From Methylophilaceae bacterium (lineage in GTDB: Bacteria; Pseudomonadota; Gammaproteobacteria; Burkholderiales; Methylophilaceae): DNA of 64,000 nucleotides. Below the pieces are notes generated by a model, which had not been told where the DNA came from, made no database searches, and saw only the letters and a program-made list of their open reading frames with translations. The position numbers and the translations under genes were made by a program. Positions within the stretch are counted from its first letter, which is position 1. Each line of letters opens with the position of its first letter. Location: contig JAFMCM010000001.1 of NCBI GenBank assembly GCA_017857755.1, positions 25,121 through 89,120 of the forward strand. Reading direction: 5' to 3'. This document shows positions 1 to 9,470 of this stretch, piece by piece.

Positions 1-1410
1 TGCGTAAATATCAACTGCCTTCTTGTAGCCAAGCGTAATGAGTCCTGCCACACACTGCTCTTCGGACAAACCACCTCCCCAAATCAACTGCGCTGTTTGT
101 AAAGTTTCATCTGCTTCATTCTGATGATTCACCTCTGCCATACTAAAGGTTGCATCAAACTGCAATTGCACGCTCGCACGATATTGATTGAGCACCTTCA
201 TCAAATCATCCCAGCAGTCAAAGTGCATGGCGCTAGCAATTCGCTGCTTACCTTCATCCGACTTGGGTAAGTCTTGTGTTTGAGCATCTTCTACATACAT
301 CAATCGATGTTCTAAATGGCGTAAGAATACATACGCCTCACACAAGTCGTCGGCCACCTCTACTGGTAATAATCGCTTTTCTTTCAGCAATGCTAATACA
401 GATAAAGTTGAACGGATTTGCAAATCAGGCTCTTGACCACCTCTGATTAATTGAAACACTTGTGCGATAAACTCAATTTCACGAATACCTCCACGGCCTA
501 GTTTGATATTGTCTTTACCACCGACTATTTTTGCGCTTTTGGCATTGATATCACGCTGTATCTGTACTTTTAAATCACGCATACTGGCAAACGCGTTGTA
601 ATCTAAATACTTTCGATAAACAAATGGTTTCAATAAACTGGCAACAGAATGTCCACCCGTCACCTCACGCCCTTTTATCCATGCGTAGCGTTCCCATTCC
701 CTGCCATTAATTTGATAATAAGACTCTAGCGCATCTAAACTTGAGACTAATATGCCTTCATGGCCAAAAGGTCTCAAGCGCATATCTACTCGAAAAACAA
801 AACCATCGGCTGTGGGCTCATCAATCACCGCAATCAATTTCTTAGCTAACCTTACAAAATAATCTTGGTTGCTCAACTCCTTTTCGCCTAGACATTTACC
901 CTCTTGCCCATAGGCAAAAATTAAATCAATATCAGAAGAGACATTTAATTCCATGCCCCCCAGTTTACCCATACCAATCACAATTAACGATTGCGGCACA
1001 CCTCTTTCATTCACTGGCAAACCATATTCAAGCGTTTGCCAACCATGCAAGTAATCAATCGCAGTGTTGATGGCAAAATCAGCAAACACGCTTATGCTTG
1101 TTACCACCTCGTTTAAATCAGCCAAGTCATTTAAATCACGGAAAATAATACGCGTCATCACCTGCTGCCTAAGTTGACGCAGTGCTTTTTTTAAACTTAT
1201 TTCATCTTTGATGACCTGCTTTTCCCAAAATGATTGCATTTCGGATAATTGATATGAAATATGGCTATTTTCTAGCAAAACTTCAAGCAAGCCCTGATCG
1301 TTTGAAAGTAGCCTCTTGGCAAAAGGACTACATAAATAAACTCTCTGCAAACGTGACGATTGCAAGGTCGTTAATTTCATCTCATTAAACATATCTTGTG
1401 GTTTTGACAT
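1..1410 (-). CDS. glnE: Glutamine synthetase adenylyltransferase/adenylyl-removing enzyme GlnE, N-terminal part (gene runs off the window start)
   Basis: Absent from the ORF track because it has no stop inside the window. My minus-strand translation from the ATG at 1410-1408 gives MSKPQDMFNEMKLTT...IVIGMGKLGGMELNVSSDIDLIFAY...FRVDMRLRPFG...GRGGIREIEFIAQVFQLIRGG. These are typical GlnE nucleotidyltransferase-domain motifs. Confidence 0.85.
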   Translation of the reverse strand, partial: MSKPQDMFNEMKLTTLQSSRLQRVYLCSPFAKRLLSNDQGLLEVLLENSHISYQLSEMQSFWEKQVIKDEISLKKALRQLRQQVMTRIIFRDLNDLADLNEVVTSISVFADFAINTAIDYLHGWQTLEYGLPVNERGVPQSLIVIGMGKLGGMELNVSSDIDLIFAYGQEGKCLGEKELSNQDYFVRLAKKLIAVIDEPTADGFVFRVDMRLRPFGHEGILVSSLDALESYYQINGREWERYAWIKGREVTGGHSVASLLKPFVYRKYLDYNAFASMRDLKVQIQRDINAKSAKIVGGKDNIKLGRGGIREIEFIAQVFQLIRGGQEPDLQIRSTLSVLALLKEKRLLPVEVADDLCEAYVFLRHLEHRLMYVEDAQTQDLPKSDEGKQRIASAMHFDCWDDLMKVLNQYRASVQLQFDATFSMAEVNHQNEADETLQTAQLIWGGGLSEEQCVAGLITLGYKKAVDIYA

Positions 1411-1456
1411 CCTGATTTTTAGGGTAGTATCCTATTACTTTATCGAAGTTAACTAT

Positions 1457-1495
1457 AAAATATAAAAGCATTATATGAAAATATAAAAGCATTAT
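1457..1495 (+). repeat. Perfect 18-nt tandem direct repeat AAAATATAAAAGCATTAT (1457-1474 and 1478-1495, 21-bp period) in the glnE/acs divergent promoter region
   Basis: Read directly from the sequence. Each copy carries a TATAAA -10-like hexamer. The second copy ends 14 nt before the acs ATG. Confidence 0.9.
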
Positions 1496-1509
1496 TGGGA
1501 GAGTTTAGC

Positions 1510-3486
1510 ATGTCTATCGAGTCTGTTTTGCACGAAAATCGCACCTTTGAACCTTCAGCAATATTTAAGCAAAATGCCAATATATCAGGCATGGAAGCTT
1601 ATCACGCTCTTTGTGTGGAAGCAGAAAAAGACTACGAGGGATTTTGGGCAAAACTAGCACGAGAATTGCTAGTTTGGGATAAACCGTTCACTAAAATACT
1701 CAATGAAACAAATGCGCCTTTTTATACTTGGTTTGAAGATGGTGAGCTGAATGTTTCAGCCAACTGTTTAGATAAACATCTAGCAACGATCCCAAATAAA
1801 ACAGCCATTATTTTCGAGGCGGATAATGGTGATTCAAAATCAATCACCTACAAGCAGCTTTATCATCAAGTCTGTCAATTTGCAAACGGTTTGAAAACAC
1901 TCAATTTAACCATGGGTGATCGCGTAATTATTTATTTACCGATGGGTATAGAAGCGATTGTCGCCATGCAAGCATGCGCACGATTAGGCTTAATACATTC
2001 TGTTGTTTTTGGTGGCTTTTCAGCTAAAAGCTTAAATGAACGTATTATTGATGCAGGTGCCGCAGCGGTGATTACTGCCGACGGACAATACCGTGGTGGC
2101 AAAACACTACCGCTGAAACAAGCTGTCGACGAAGGCATGGCGATGGGCGGCTGCGGCAGTGTCAAAAAGATGGTGGTCTTAAAGAAGACAGGAATAGATG
2201 TTAGCTGGAACACCAATGATATTTGGTGGGATGATTTAATTAACGGACAAAGTGATGAGTGCCCACCTGTTATGGTGAACGCGGAACATCCGCTATTTAT
2301 TTTGTATACCTCAGGCTCTACAGGTCAACCTAAAGGCGTGCAACATGCTTCAGCAGGTTATTTGCTACATGCCATGAATACGACTCGCTGGACATTTGAC
2401 ATTAAAGCAGATGATATCTTTTGGTGTACCGCTGATGTTGGCTGGATTACTGGGCACAGCTATGTTGCATATGGCCCATTAGCACTGGGCGCAACCCAAG
2501 TGGTGTTTGAAGGTGTTCCTACCTATCCGAATGCGGGTCGCTTCTGGGAAATGATTCAGAAACATCATGTGACGATTTTTTATACAGCACCAACAGCCAT
2601 TCGTTCACTCATCAAAGCAGGTGAAACAGACCCTAACACGCACCCAAGCCAATATCATTTATCTAGCTTGAGATTACTCGGAACGGTTGGCGAGCCGATT
2701 AACCCTGAAGCTTGGATGTGGTACTACAAAGAAGTGGGTGGCGAGCGTTGTCCAATCGTTGATACATTCTGGCAAACAGAGACTGGTGGACATGTAATTA
2801 CGCCACTCCCTGGTGTTACTGCATTAGTGCCAGGCTCATGCACATTACCTTTTCCTGGCATTCAAATTGATGTGGTTGATGAAACAGGAAACGATGTTCC
2901 TTGGGGTGAAGGTGGTTTACTAGTCATCAAAAAACCTTGGCCTTCTATGATCCGCACCATTTATGGTGATCCTAAACGATTTCAATCGGCTTATTTCCCT
3001 GCAGAACTTGGCGGTAAACTTTACCTCGCTGGCGATGGCGCCATTCGTGACAAGAGCACTGGTAATTTCACTATTATGGGGCGTATTGATGATGTACTCA
3101 ATGTTTCGGGGCATCGCCTTGGCACCATGGAAATCGAATCTGCTCTAGTAGCGCATGACCTGGTCGCAGAAGCTGCAGTGGTTGGAAAACCAGATGATAT
3201 CAAAGGTGAATCCATCGTTGCTTATGTTGTCCTCAAAGGCCAGCGCCCTAGCGGTGATTATGCAAAAACCATTGTTAATGAGTTGCGTAATTGGGTAGGC
3301 AAGGAAATTGGCCCTATCGCAAAACCCAGCGAAATACGGTTTGGCGATAATTTACCTAAAACACGTAGCGGTAAAATCATGCGCCGCTTATTGCGTAGCC
3401 TAGCGAAGGGTGAAGAAATTACTTCAGACACTTCAACTTTAGAGAACCCTGCTATCCTAGAACAGTTAAAAGAAGTGGTTAGCTAA
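1510..3486 (+). CDS. acs: Acetyl-CoA synthetase (AMP-forming)
   Basis: About 658 aa with the AMP-binding motif [12 protein letters not shown] and a C-terminal [11 protein letters not shown] motif. I moved the start to the ATG at 1510 ([13 protein letters not shown]), which follows a GGGAGAG Shine-Dalgarno. The ORF-track start at 1495 is a TTG. Confidence 0.95.
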   Translation: MSIESVLHENRTFEPSAIFKQNANISGMEAYHALCVEAEKDYEGFWAKLARELLVWDKPFTKILNETNAPFYTWFEDGELNVSANCLDKHLATIPNKTAIIFEADNGDSKSITYKQLYHQVCQFANGLKTLNLTMGDRVIIYLPMGIEAIVAMQACARLGLIHSVVFGGFSAKSLNERIIDAGAAAVITADGQYRGGKTLPLKQAVDEGMAMGGCGSVKKMVVLKKTGIDVSWNTNDIWWDDLINGQSDECPPVMVNAEHPLFILYTSGSTGQPKGVQHASAGYLLHAMNTTRWTFDIKADDIFWCTADVGWITGHSYVAYGPLALGATQVVFEGVPTYPNAGRFWEMIQKHHVTIFYTAPTAIRSLIKAGETDPNTHPSQYHLSSLRLLGTVGEPINPEAWMWYYKEVGGERCPIVDTFWQTETGGHVITPLPGVTALVPGSCTLPFPGIQIDVVDETGNDVPWGEGGLLVIKKPWPSMIRTIYGDPKRFQSAYFPAELGGKLYLAGDGAIRDKSTGNFTIMGRIDDVLNVSGHRLGTMEIESALVAHDLVAEAAVVGKPDDIKGESIVAYVVLKGQRPSGDYAKTIVNELRNWVGKEIGPIAKPSEIRFGDNLPKTRSGKIMRRLLRSLAKGEEITSDTSTLENPAILEQLKEVVS

Positions 3487-3514
3487 AAGTTAGCGCAAAA
3501 GCTAAGTCACGTTG

Positions 3515-3539
3515 GATGGCAGTTTAGTACGCTGCCATC
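3515..3539 (+). terminator. Weak hairpin downstream of acs (GATGGCAG-N9-CTGCCATC)
   Basis: An 8-bp perfect stem lies 29 nt after the acs stop. It has no clear T-tract, so its terminator function is uncertain. Confidence 0.3.
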
Positions 3540-3637
3540 TATGACGTCCGCATAAATACTAATCAGCACTGGGTATAAAAGCCATAACAATAACGGCTTG
3601 CGCTATACTAATCCCATTACTGAATAGATGAAAATAA

Positions 3638-4003
3638 ATGATGACTGAGCCCACTAACACCCAAAACCAAGAATACCTTTTTGATGCTGAAGGTTGTTAT
3701 ATTACCGAGCTTTCAAATACACCGAATGACCCAGAAGTTTCCATCGCAAAAGCGCGTGTAACGCCTGGCGTGACGACAACCTGGCACCAGTTAACTGGCG
3801 TGACTGAAAGATACTGTATTTTATCTGGCACTGGTATGGTTGAGGTCGGTGATGCCGCGCCAAGAGCAGTGACCACTGGTGATGTGGTGATAATCCCACC
3901 ATTAACGCGTCAAAGAATTGGCAATCATGGCACAACAGATTTAATCTTTTTAGCTATTTGCAACCCTCGTTTTACACCTGAATGCTATGAATCTATCCTT
4001 TAG
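3638..4003 (+). CDS. Small cupin-domain protein
   Basis: 121 aa with two cupin-like motifs (TTWHQLTGVTERYCILSGTGMVEVGD and GDVVIIPPLTRQRIGNHG). Confidence 0.6.
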   Translation: MMTEPTNTQNQEYLFDAEGCYITELSNTPNDPEVSIAKARVTPGVTTTWHQLTGVTERYCILSGTGMVEVGDAAPRAVTTGDVVIIPPLTRQRIGNHGTTDLIFLAICNPRFTPECYESIL

Positions 4004-4095
4004 CGCTCTGTTCTCACATGAATATATAACTAGCAAAATCGCAAAAACTATTTCTGAAACGCAATTAAACAACCTTAGCAAATAATGAAAATACG

Positions 4096-4401
4096 ATGAA
4101 CACTAACAGTAATATCCCATTAAAAGTTCCTTTTAAAGAAAAAGATGAAGCAAAATCCCTGGGCGCGCGCTGGAATCCTGATGGAAAACATTGGTATATC
4201 CCCATCGGCATAAATGCCGCGCCGTTTGAAAAATGGCTAGATGGTGCTCTACCAGCCATGCAACAACCAGCCATGACACAACAGCCAATATCTCAAACAC
4301 AAAATAAACCTTTAGTAAAAGCAAATCATTTACCAACTGATGCAGATATGGATGACATTAATGCACTTTTGCGAGATGCTTATGAAGTTCCTAATGATTA
4401 A
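4096..4401 (+). CDS. Stand-alone DUF5710-like small protein
   Basis: The N-terminal motif LKVPFKEKDEAKSLGARWNPDGKHWYIP matches, from memory, the VPFxEKDxAKxLGARWDxxxKxWYxP module found on plasmid primases and topoisomerases. The rest is a Q/P-rich tail. The stop overlaps the tag start by 8 nt. Confidence 0.6.
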   Translation: MNTNSNIPLKVPFKEKDEAKSLGARWNPDGKHWYIPIGINAAPFEKWLDGALPAMQQPAMTQQPISQTQNKPLVKANHLPTDADMDDINALLRDAYEVPND

Positions 4402-4972
4402 AAGATGCGCATGGGCAAACGCTTCTGCAATTGAAATGCAATATCATGATGAAGAATGGGGTGTGCCTGTTCATGATGACACAAAACTATTTGAAGCGCT
4501 GATTTTAGAAAGTGCACAGTCAGGCTTAAGCTGGGCAACGATTTTGAATAAACGTCAGGGCTACCGAAAAGCGTTTGATGATTTTGATATCCAAAAAATA
4601 GCCATGTATTCTGAAAATAAAATTCAAACATTACTACAAGATGCAAGCATCGTACGTAATAGGCTCAAAATCAATGCAACCATCAGCAACGCAAAGCGTG
4701 TGATTGAAATACAAACTGAATATGGTAGTTTTGATGCTTACCTTTGGTCTTTTGTTGATGGTAAGCCGATTAATAAGCAATGGCGACAACACTCCAACGT
4801 ACCTAGTAGTACGCCGCTATCGAATATCATGAGCAAAGCGCTCAAGCAAAAAGGATTTAAATTGATTGGCTCGACCACTTGCTATGCCTTTATGCAAGCA
4901 GTCGGGATGGTCAACGACCATGTAACATCTTGCTTTAGGCACCAAGCATGCGCATCCACGTCAAGTTGCTGA
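4394..4972 (+). CDS. tag: DNA-3-methyladenine glycosylase I
   Basis: MIKRCAWANASAIEMQYHDEEWGVPVHDDTKLFEALILESAQSGLSW aligns with the E. coli Tag N-terminus (RCGW...YHDxEWGVP). I moved the start to the ATG at 4394, in frame with the track ORF that begins at 4340. Confidence 0.9.
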   Translation: MIKRCAWANASAIEMQYHDEEWGVPVHDDTKLFEALILESAQSGLSWATILNKRQGYRKAFDDFDIQKIAMYSENKIQTLLQDASIVRNRLKINATISNAKRVIEIQTEYGSFDAYLWSFVDGKPINKQWRQHSNVPSSTPLSNIMSKALKQKGFKLIGSTTCYAFMQAVGMVNDHVTSCFRHQACASTSSC

Positions 4973-5122
4973 CAGATTAACAACCTTAACATCCCATCAC
5001 CTTCAAATAGCTGATGCAAAAAGGCCAGCAGTGTGGTTGATAGGATAAAACTTGCAACATTGCGGTCACATGAACGCTATTTTTAGTACAAGCAGGACCA
5101 GTGTTTAGGAATAAAGGCCTAT

Positions 5123-5148
5123 TGGCATCACAAAGACGAATGCCATTT
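5123..5148 (+). terminator. Putative terminator after tag (TGGCAT-N11-ATGCCA followed by TTT)
   Basis: A short 6-bp stem with a short T run, between the convergent tag and SDR genes. Confidence 0.3.
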
Positions 5149-5159
5149 GACAATCGTGA

Positions 5160-5924
5160 CTAGCTTAATATTTTGCTTAACTTAAAAGATAGATAATATG
5201 GCAAGAAACGCAACACTTTCACCAACCATGTAAATTTCTTAGGAAAGTGAATTTCAAACGCTTCAGCAGTCATACCAGCTAGGATAGCCTCAGCTGCTGC
5301 TTCTACCGAAATCATCATTGGCATTACAAAGTCATTTTTGTCAGTCATTGGCGTGCGAACAAAGCCAGGACTAATGAGTTTGACATCAATATTTTTTGCT
5401 TGATTCTCAATATATAAACTCTCGGCCAAATTGATTATTGCCGCCTTGGTAGCCGAATAAGGCTGTGCATTAGGTAGACCAAAATAACCTGCGACTGAAC
5501 CACATAAATTGATTTGTCCGTATCCTTGGCCCTCAAAAAATGAGGTCACGACATTCACAATATGAAATACACCAGCCAAATTCACTTGTAAGCTTTGTTG
5601 AATAAATGCAATATCCGTCCGCCCTTCTATAGTTGGGTCGTAAACAGCTGCTAGAAAGAGGACTCTATCTAAACGCTTAATTTTACTAAAAGCGACAACG
5701 GTTTCTGCATAACTAGCAACATCAAAAGGTAATATTTGATGATTAAACCCATACAACTGCTGACCCACATGTTCTAATACATCAGCACGACGGGCGGATA
5801 AAATGACATGTGCGCCTGCTTTGCTTAAGGCAAGTGCAGTAGCGGCACCAATGCCGCTACTGGCGCCAATAATCCACACGTGCTGCCCTCGTACCGATTG
5901 CATCATGTCTTTTACATCTGGCAT
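5160..5924 (-). CDS. Short-chain dehydrogenase/reductase (SDR)
   Basis: GASSGIGAA Rossmann motif and YSATK (YxxxK) catalytic motif. It is the last gene of the lipid cluster. Confidence 0.85.
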   Translation of the reverse strand: MPDVKDMMQSVRGQHVWIIGASSGIGAATALALSKAGAHVILSARRADVLEHVGQQLYGFNHQILPFDVASYAETVVAFSKIKRLDRVLFLAAVYDPTIEGRTDIAFIQQSLQVNLAGVFHIVNVVTSFFEGQGYGQINLCGSVAGYFGLPNAQPYSATKAAIINLAESLYIENQAKNIDVKLISPGFVRTPMTDKNDFVMPMMISVEAAAEAILAGMTAEAFEIHFPKKFTWLVKVLRFLPYYLSFKLSKILS

Positions 5925-5926
5925 GT

Positions 5927-6463
5927 TTAGTCCTGTTTTTGCATGAACAAGGTCAACTCAGCAACTGTGATGCCAAATTTTTTCAAGTAAGAGCGATTGA
6001 TTAACACACCGTCATTCATTAAAAACATCCAATCATCAAACGTAATGCGATAAGTGGTATCACCCACTGGTAAGTCCATTTGATAGGCCCAGCGCATCGC
6101 GCTACCCTCTAGCTCGCCAGTTGCTTGGTCAAGAATATCGGCCGCTTTTCCTACATAGCGATTGTCAGCTGTTTTGGTAATAGTCCAAACGCGCTTCTGC
6201 GTTTCGCCGTCATAGTATTGGAACTGTTCTTCCAGAATGCCAACATCCCCTTCCCAAGAACCATTCATGGTGACATCAAACCGCCTAGTTACCACTCCAC
6301 TACGATTTTGAATTAAGCCCCAAGCTTTAATGGAGCCTGTAAAGTATGTTTTTAAATTCAACGGTGGCGTGGTTTTTTTATAAGCCTCCACTGAGGGTGT
6401 TGCGCAACCATTAAGAAACGTCATAAGCCCCATAATTATTACTCCTTTTTTCAATCGTTTCAT
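5927..6463 (-). CDS. DUF3833-like lipoprotein
   Basis: The ATG at 6463 gives MKRLKKGVIIMGLMTFLNGC, a lipoprotein-type signal peptide with an L-N-G-C lipobox, and follows an AAGGTG Shine-Dalgarno. The track start at 6472 is a GTG. The family call is from memory of the usual cluster composition. Confidence 0.6.
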   Translation of the reverse strand: MKRLKKGVIIMGLMTFLNGCATPSVEAYKKTTPPLNLKTYFTGSIKAWGLIQNRSGVVTRRFDVTMNGSWEGDVGILEEQFQYYDGETQKRVWTITKTADNRYVGKAADILDQATGELEGSAMRWAYQMDLPVGDTTYRITFDDWMFLMNDGVLINRSYLKKFGITVAELTLFMQKQD

Positions 6464-7733
6464 CGTTATCACCTTGTGAATTAATTAACATCCATAAACA
6501 AATTGCCGCTAACAGCTTCATTATGCACGGCAGTAACCCATACAACAGCAATAATGCCTGTAAAGCCGTCTCAGAATTAACTGAAGCAACAGCGAAGCCA
6601 GTACGATCAAGTATTAAAAAGGCACAGCCACTAGCCAGTGCTAAAGCTAATTTAGGTATAAATGCCATCACACCGTAGTATTGGGTTGCTCGCGTTTCAG
6701 CTTGGCTTGCATTAATACGGTCAGCGATTATCGAAGCTGGCAAGGCCAAATCAGCACCAAGTGCGAACCCTGACAGGACGCAAATCACGCCATATGAAAC
6801 GGCATCGCCTGGCGATAACATTGCCACCCAACTAAAAACGCCTACTGAAAGTATCATAGATAACAACCATGCACGGTACTTATCGAGCTTTTTAGATAAA
6901 AAGAACCATAATGGCATCAATGCTGCACCAGCTACAAAATATAAAAACAGAAATAAGCCAATATATGCCTCGGCTTGTAAATAATCTCGCACGAAAAAAA
7001 TAATCAATACAGCGGGTAGTGATGCCGCTAACTGTGCAAGTAAAAAAATAAAGAAAAATAGGCGCTGTTTGTCATAAAAGATTTGAAAAAATGGGGGCTT
7101 GATTGCCCGATTAATTCCACCTAAATGACTTAAGTCTACCCGCTTGAGAAACTGTGAAAAAAACATCCATGCGGCAAGCATCGCCAGCATGTAAACCCAA
7201 AATAACCATTCGAAAGCATGTCCCGTATCCGTGTATCCTAACAAGACACTCGGTAAAATAGAAGCAACCAATAAACCAAATAAAGTAAATGACTCACGCC
7301 AACCAGCAATCCGCGTACGCTCGTCCTGATCTGATGTCCAAAATCCACCAATCATATTGAGATTAATGACAACAACACTAAAACCTGTTGTTGCTAGCAT
7401 CATACTGACTGCAAACCAAACGGCTGTTGAAATAGACCATTGTGGCCCGAAAAAGATAGCGCCTAATCCGGTTGTGAGTAACAAAGTGCCACTGATTAAA
7501 ATGTCACTCCTTTGCGCTGAATAGCGGTCAGACCAATATCCAATTAATGGGTCTTGTATGGCATCCAATAATCGAACTATCAATAAAATCGTACCAATCA
7601 GACCTAAGCTTAATCCGAGTTGGTTTGTATAAAAATCAGGTGCATGGATGTACAAGGGCAAGCCTGCAAAAGCAACAGGGAATGCTAGTATGGCATACTG
7701 GAATAACAACCAACGGTCTAGACGTTGTTGCAT
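6411..7733 (-). CDS. MFS-type membrane transporter
   Basis: A polytopic hydrophobic protein with about 12 predicted helices. I placed the start at the ATG at 7733 (MQQRLDRW), which overlaps the upstream stop as TAATG. The 3' end overlaps the DUF3833 gene start by 53 nt. Confidence 0.7.
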   Translation of the reverse strand: MQQRLDRWLLFQYAILAFPVAFAGLPLYIHAPDFYTNQLGLSLGLIGTILLIVRLLDAIQDPLIGYWSDRYSAQRSDILISGTLLLTTGLGAIFFGPQWSISTAVWFAVSMMLATTGFSVVVINLNMIGGFWTSDQDERTRIAGWRESFTLFGLLVASILPSVLLGYTDTGHAFEWLFWVYMLAMLAAWMFFSQFLKRVDLSHLGGINRAIKPPFFQIFYDKQRLFFFIFLLAQLAASLPAVLIIFFVRDYLQAEAYIGLFLFLYFVAGAALMPLWFFLSKKLDKYRAWLLSMILSVGVFSWVAMLSPGDAVSYGVICVLSGFALGADLALPASIIADRINASQAETRATQYYGVMAFIPKLALALASGCAFLILDRTGFAVASVNSETALQALLLLYGLLPCIMKLLAAICLWMLINSQGDNDETIEKRSNNYGAYDVS

Positions 7734-8245
7734 TATTGATTGCCTATTAGCTGATTGCGCAAGGCTGGTTGGGTCGTCTTTTTGCCAAACCAAATATCAA
7801 AAAAAGCATCACAAAATTGATGGTCAGTGATGTGGCCAATGTAAGCACTGTTTTTATAAAAAGTACATTCGCTCAGGTCTTTATAAATACCCGTAATATT
7901 GTCACCTTTTCTTACATTGGGAAAGATATGCCGCATTTGAGAATGCCAATCTGCTAATAAAACCTCATCAACGCGCGCTTGACGGCGAATTTCTTCAGCA
8001 GATTGATCTGCAATTTTCTCACCTTTGATGTCGCGTAGATAATCAAGCTTTAAGGCAAAAGGAGGTTTAACTCGGCGTACACCGTTTGACGTATATACAC
8101 TGGCATCATAAACATCAAACAAAAACACAGTTAAACGGCCTGATGCGGCCATTTTCGCATCAGGAATTTGCGCATTGATCACGGCGCTTGCTTGCACTTG
8201 TGCTGTCAGCATGCATAAACTGATCATGAAATATACATTACGCAT
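7733..8245 (-). CDS. Secreted chalcone-isomerase-like (fatty-acid-binding-like) protein
   Basis: Signal peptide MISLCMLTAQVQASA. The motifs VYDASVY, PFALKLDYLRDI and FFDIWFGKKT...LRNQL resemble the bacterial Chalcone_3 family. The start overlaps the CFA synthase stop as ATGCGTAA. Confidence 0.55.
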   Translation of the reverse strand: MRNVYFMISLCMLTAQVQASAVINAQIPDAKMAASGRLTVFLFDVYDASVYTSNGVRRVKPPFALKLDYLRDIKGEKIADQSAEEIRRQARVDEVLLADWHSQMRHIFPNVRKGDNITGIYKDLSECTFYKNSAYIGHITDHQFCDAFFDIWFGKKTTQPALRNQLIGNQ

Positions 8246-9419
8246 GGCTTAATTCGATTTGCATGACGTCTGTTTTATTAACGCTAAAACCCGCAGCGCA
8301 GGCGGCTAGGTAGAATCGCCATAAACGCATAAAACCTTCATCAAAGCCTAGATCTACGATTTTTTGTTTTTGTTGATCAAAGCTGCTTAACCATGTTTCT
8401 AAGGTCCGCGCATAATCATGGCCAAACATAAAAGGCGTGTGTGCTTTTAAACCAACTTTTTGTGCCTCATACTTAAAGCGAGAAACACTAGGCAACATAC
8501 CACCGGGAAAGATGAAACTACGGATAAAATCGCTACCGCGTCTATAACTCGGAAAGTCTTGCTCGTTAATCGTAATGGTTTGCACCATCGCTTTACCGTT
8601 TTTGGCCAATAATGATTTAAGTTTCTGAAAATAAATAGGCCAAAATTGCTCACCAACGGCTTCAAACATTTCAATCGATATAATGCGGTCGTACAAGCCA
8701 GTTTGATGACGATAGTCTTCTAATGCAATATGAACATCTTTACCGAGCCGCGCTTGCGCAAAAACATGTTGCTCCTCAGACAAAGTAATTCCTTTGATAT
8801 CAAAATCACCCCGACTAACGGCGCGCTCAGCTAACCCTCCCCAGCCACAACCAACTTCTAATAAACGCCCTGAATGTGTTTCCATACAATCAAGCATACG
8901 GTCATACTTGTGGTGTTGTGCTTGGGTTAATGTGTCGTGCTCAGATTTAAATAACGCAGATGAATATGTCATACTTGGATCTAGCCATAGCTGGTAGAAC
9001 GCATTGCCTAAATCATAATGAGCATGGATATTCTTCTTACTACCCTTAATCGTGTTTGATTTGAGCAAATACAACAAAGCTGCAATCATGCTAAATAGTT
9101 TATTGCCCGCTAACATGTTATTCATAGCAGTCTGATTTTTTAAGCCCAATTGAACCAGCTGATTAAGATCGGCACTATCCCATTTTCCAGCGCGATAATC
9201 ATCTGCAAAACCAATATCGCCTTTCAGCATTAAGTTGCTAAATACACTCCAATCATAAACATGCAAATGTGCATGATGCTCTGGTTTATCTTTTCCAACG
9301 AACGTTCGAGTAATGTCATCAGGTGTGGTCAGCGTGAGCGTTCCCCAAGATAATTGATTCAAGCGTTTTAATAGTTGTTCGGCTGCGATTTTGTTCATCA
9401 TTTCATTTTTCCAAATCAA
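8238..9419 (-). CDS. Cyclopropane-fatty-acyl-phospholipid synthase family SAM methyltransferase
   Basis: SAM-binding motif LLEVGCGWGGLA and typical CFA-synthase regions (DLGNAFYQLWLD, YSSALF, IISIEMFEAVG). The start could instead be the internal MMNK at about 9401. Confidence 0.85.
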   Translation of the reverse strand: MIWKNEMMNKIAAEQLLKRLNQLSWGTLTLTTPDDITRTFVGKDKPEHHAHLHVYDWSVFSNLMLKGDIGFADDYRAGKWDSADLNQLVQLGLKNQTAMNNMLAGNKLFSMIAALLYLLKSNTIKGSKKNIHAHYDLGNAFYQLWLDPSMTYSSALFKSEHDTLTQAQHHKYDRMLDCMETHSGRLLEVGCGWGGLAERAVSRGDFDIKGITLSEEQHVFAQARLGKDVHIALEDYRHQTGLYDRIISIEMFEAVGEQFWPIYFQKLKSLLAKNGKAMVQTITINEQDFPSYRRGSDFIRSFIFPGGMLPSVSRFKYEAQKVGLKAHTPFMFGHDYARTLETWLSSFDQQKQKIVDLGFDEGFMRLWRFYLAACAAGFSVNKTDVMQIELSHA

Positions 9420-9470
9420 AATTGTTCAAATTTAAATCATCATCGTTCAATTAACGATATCGTGAATTGA

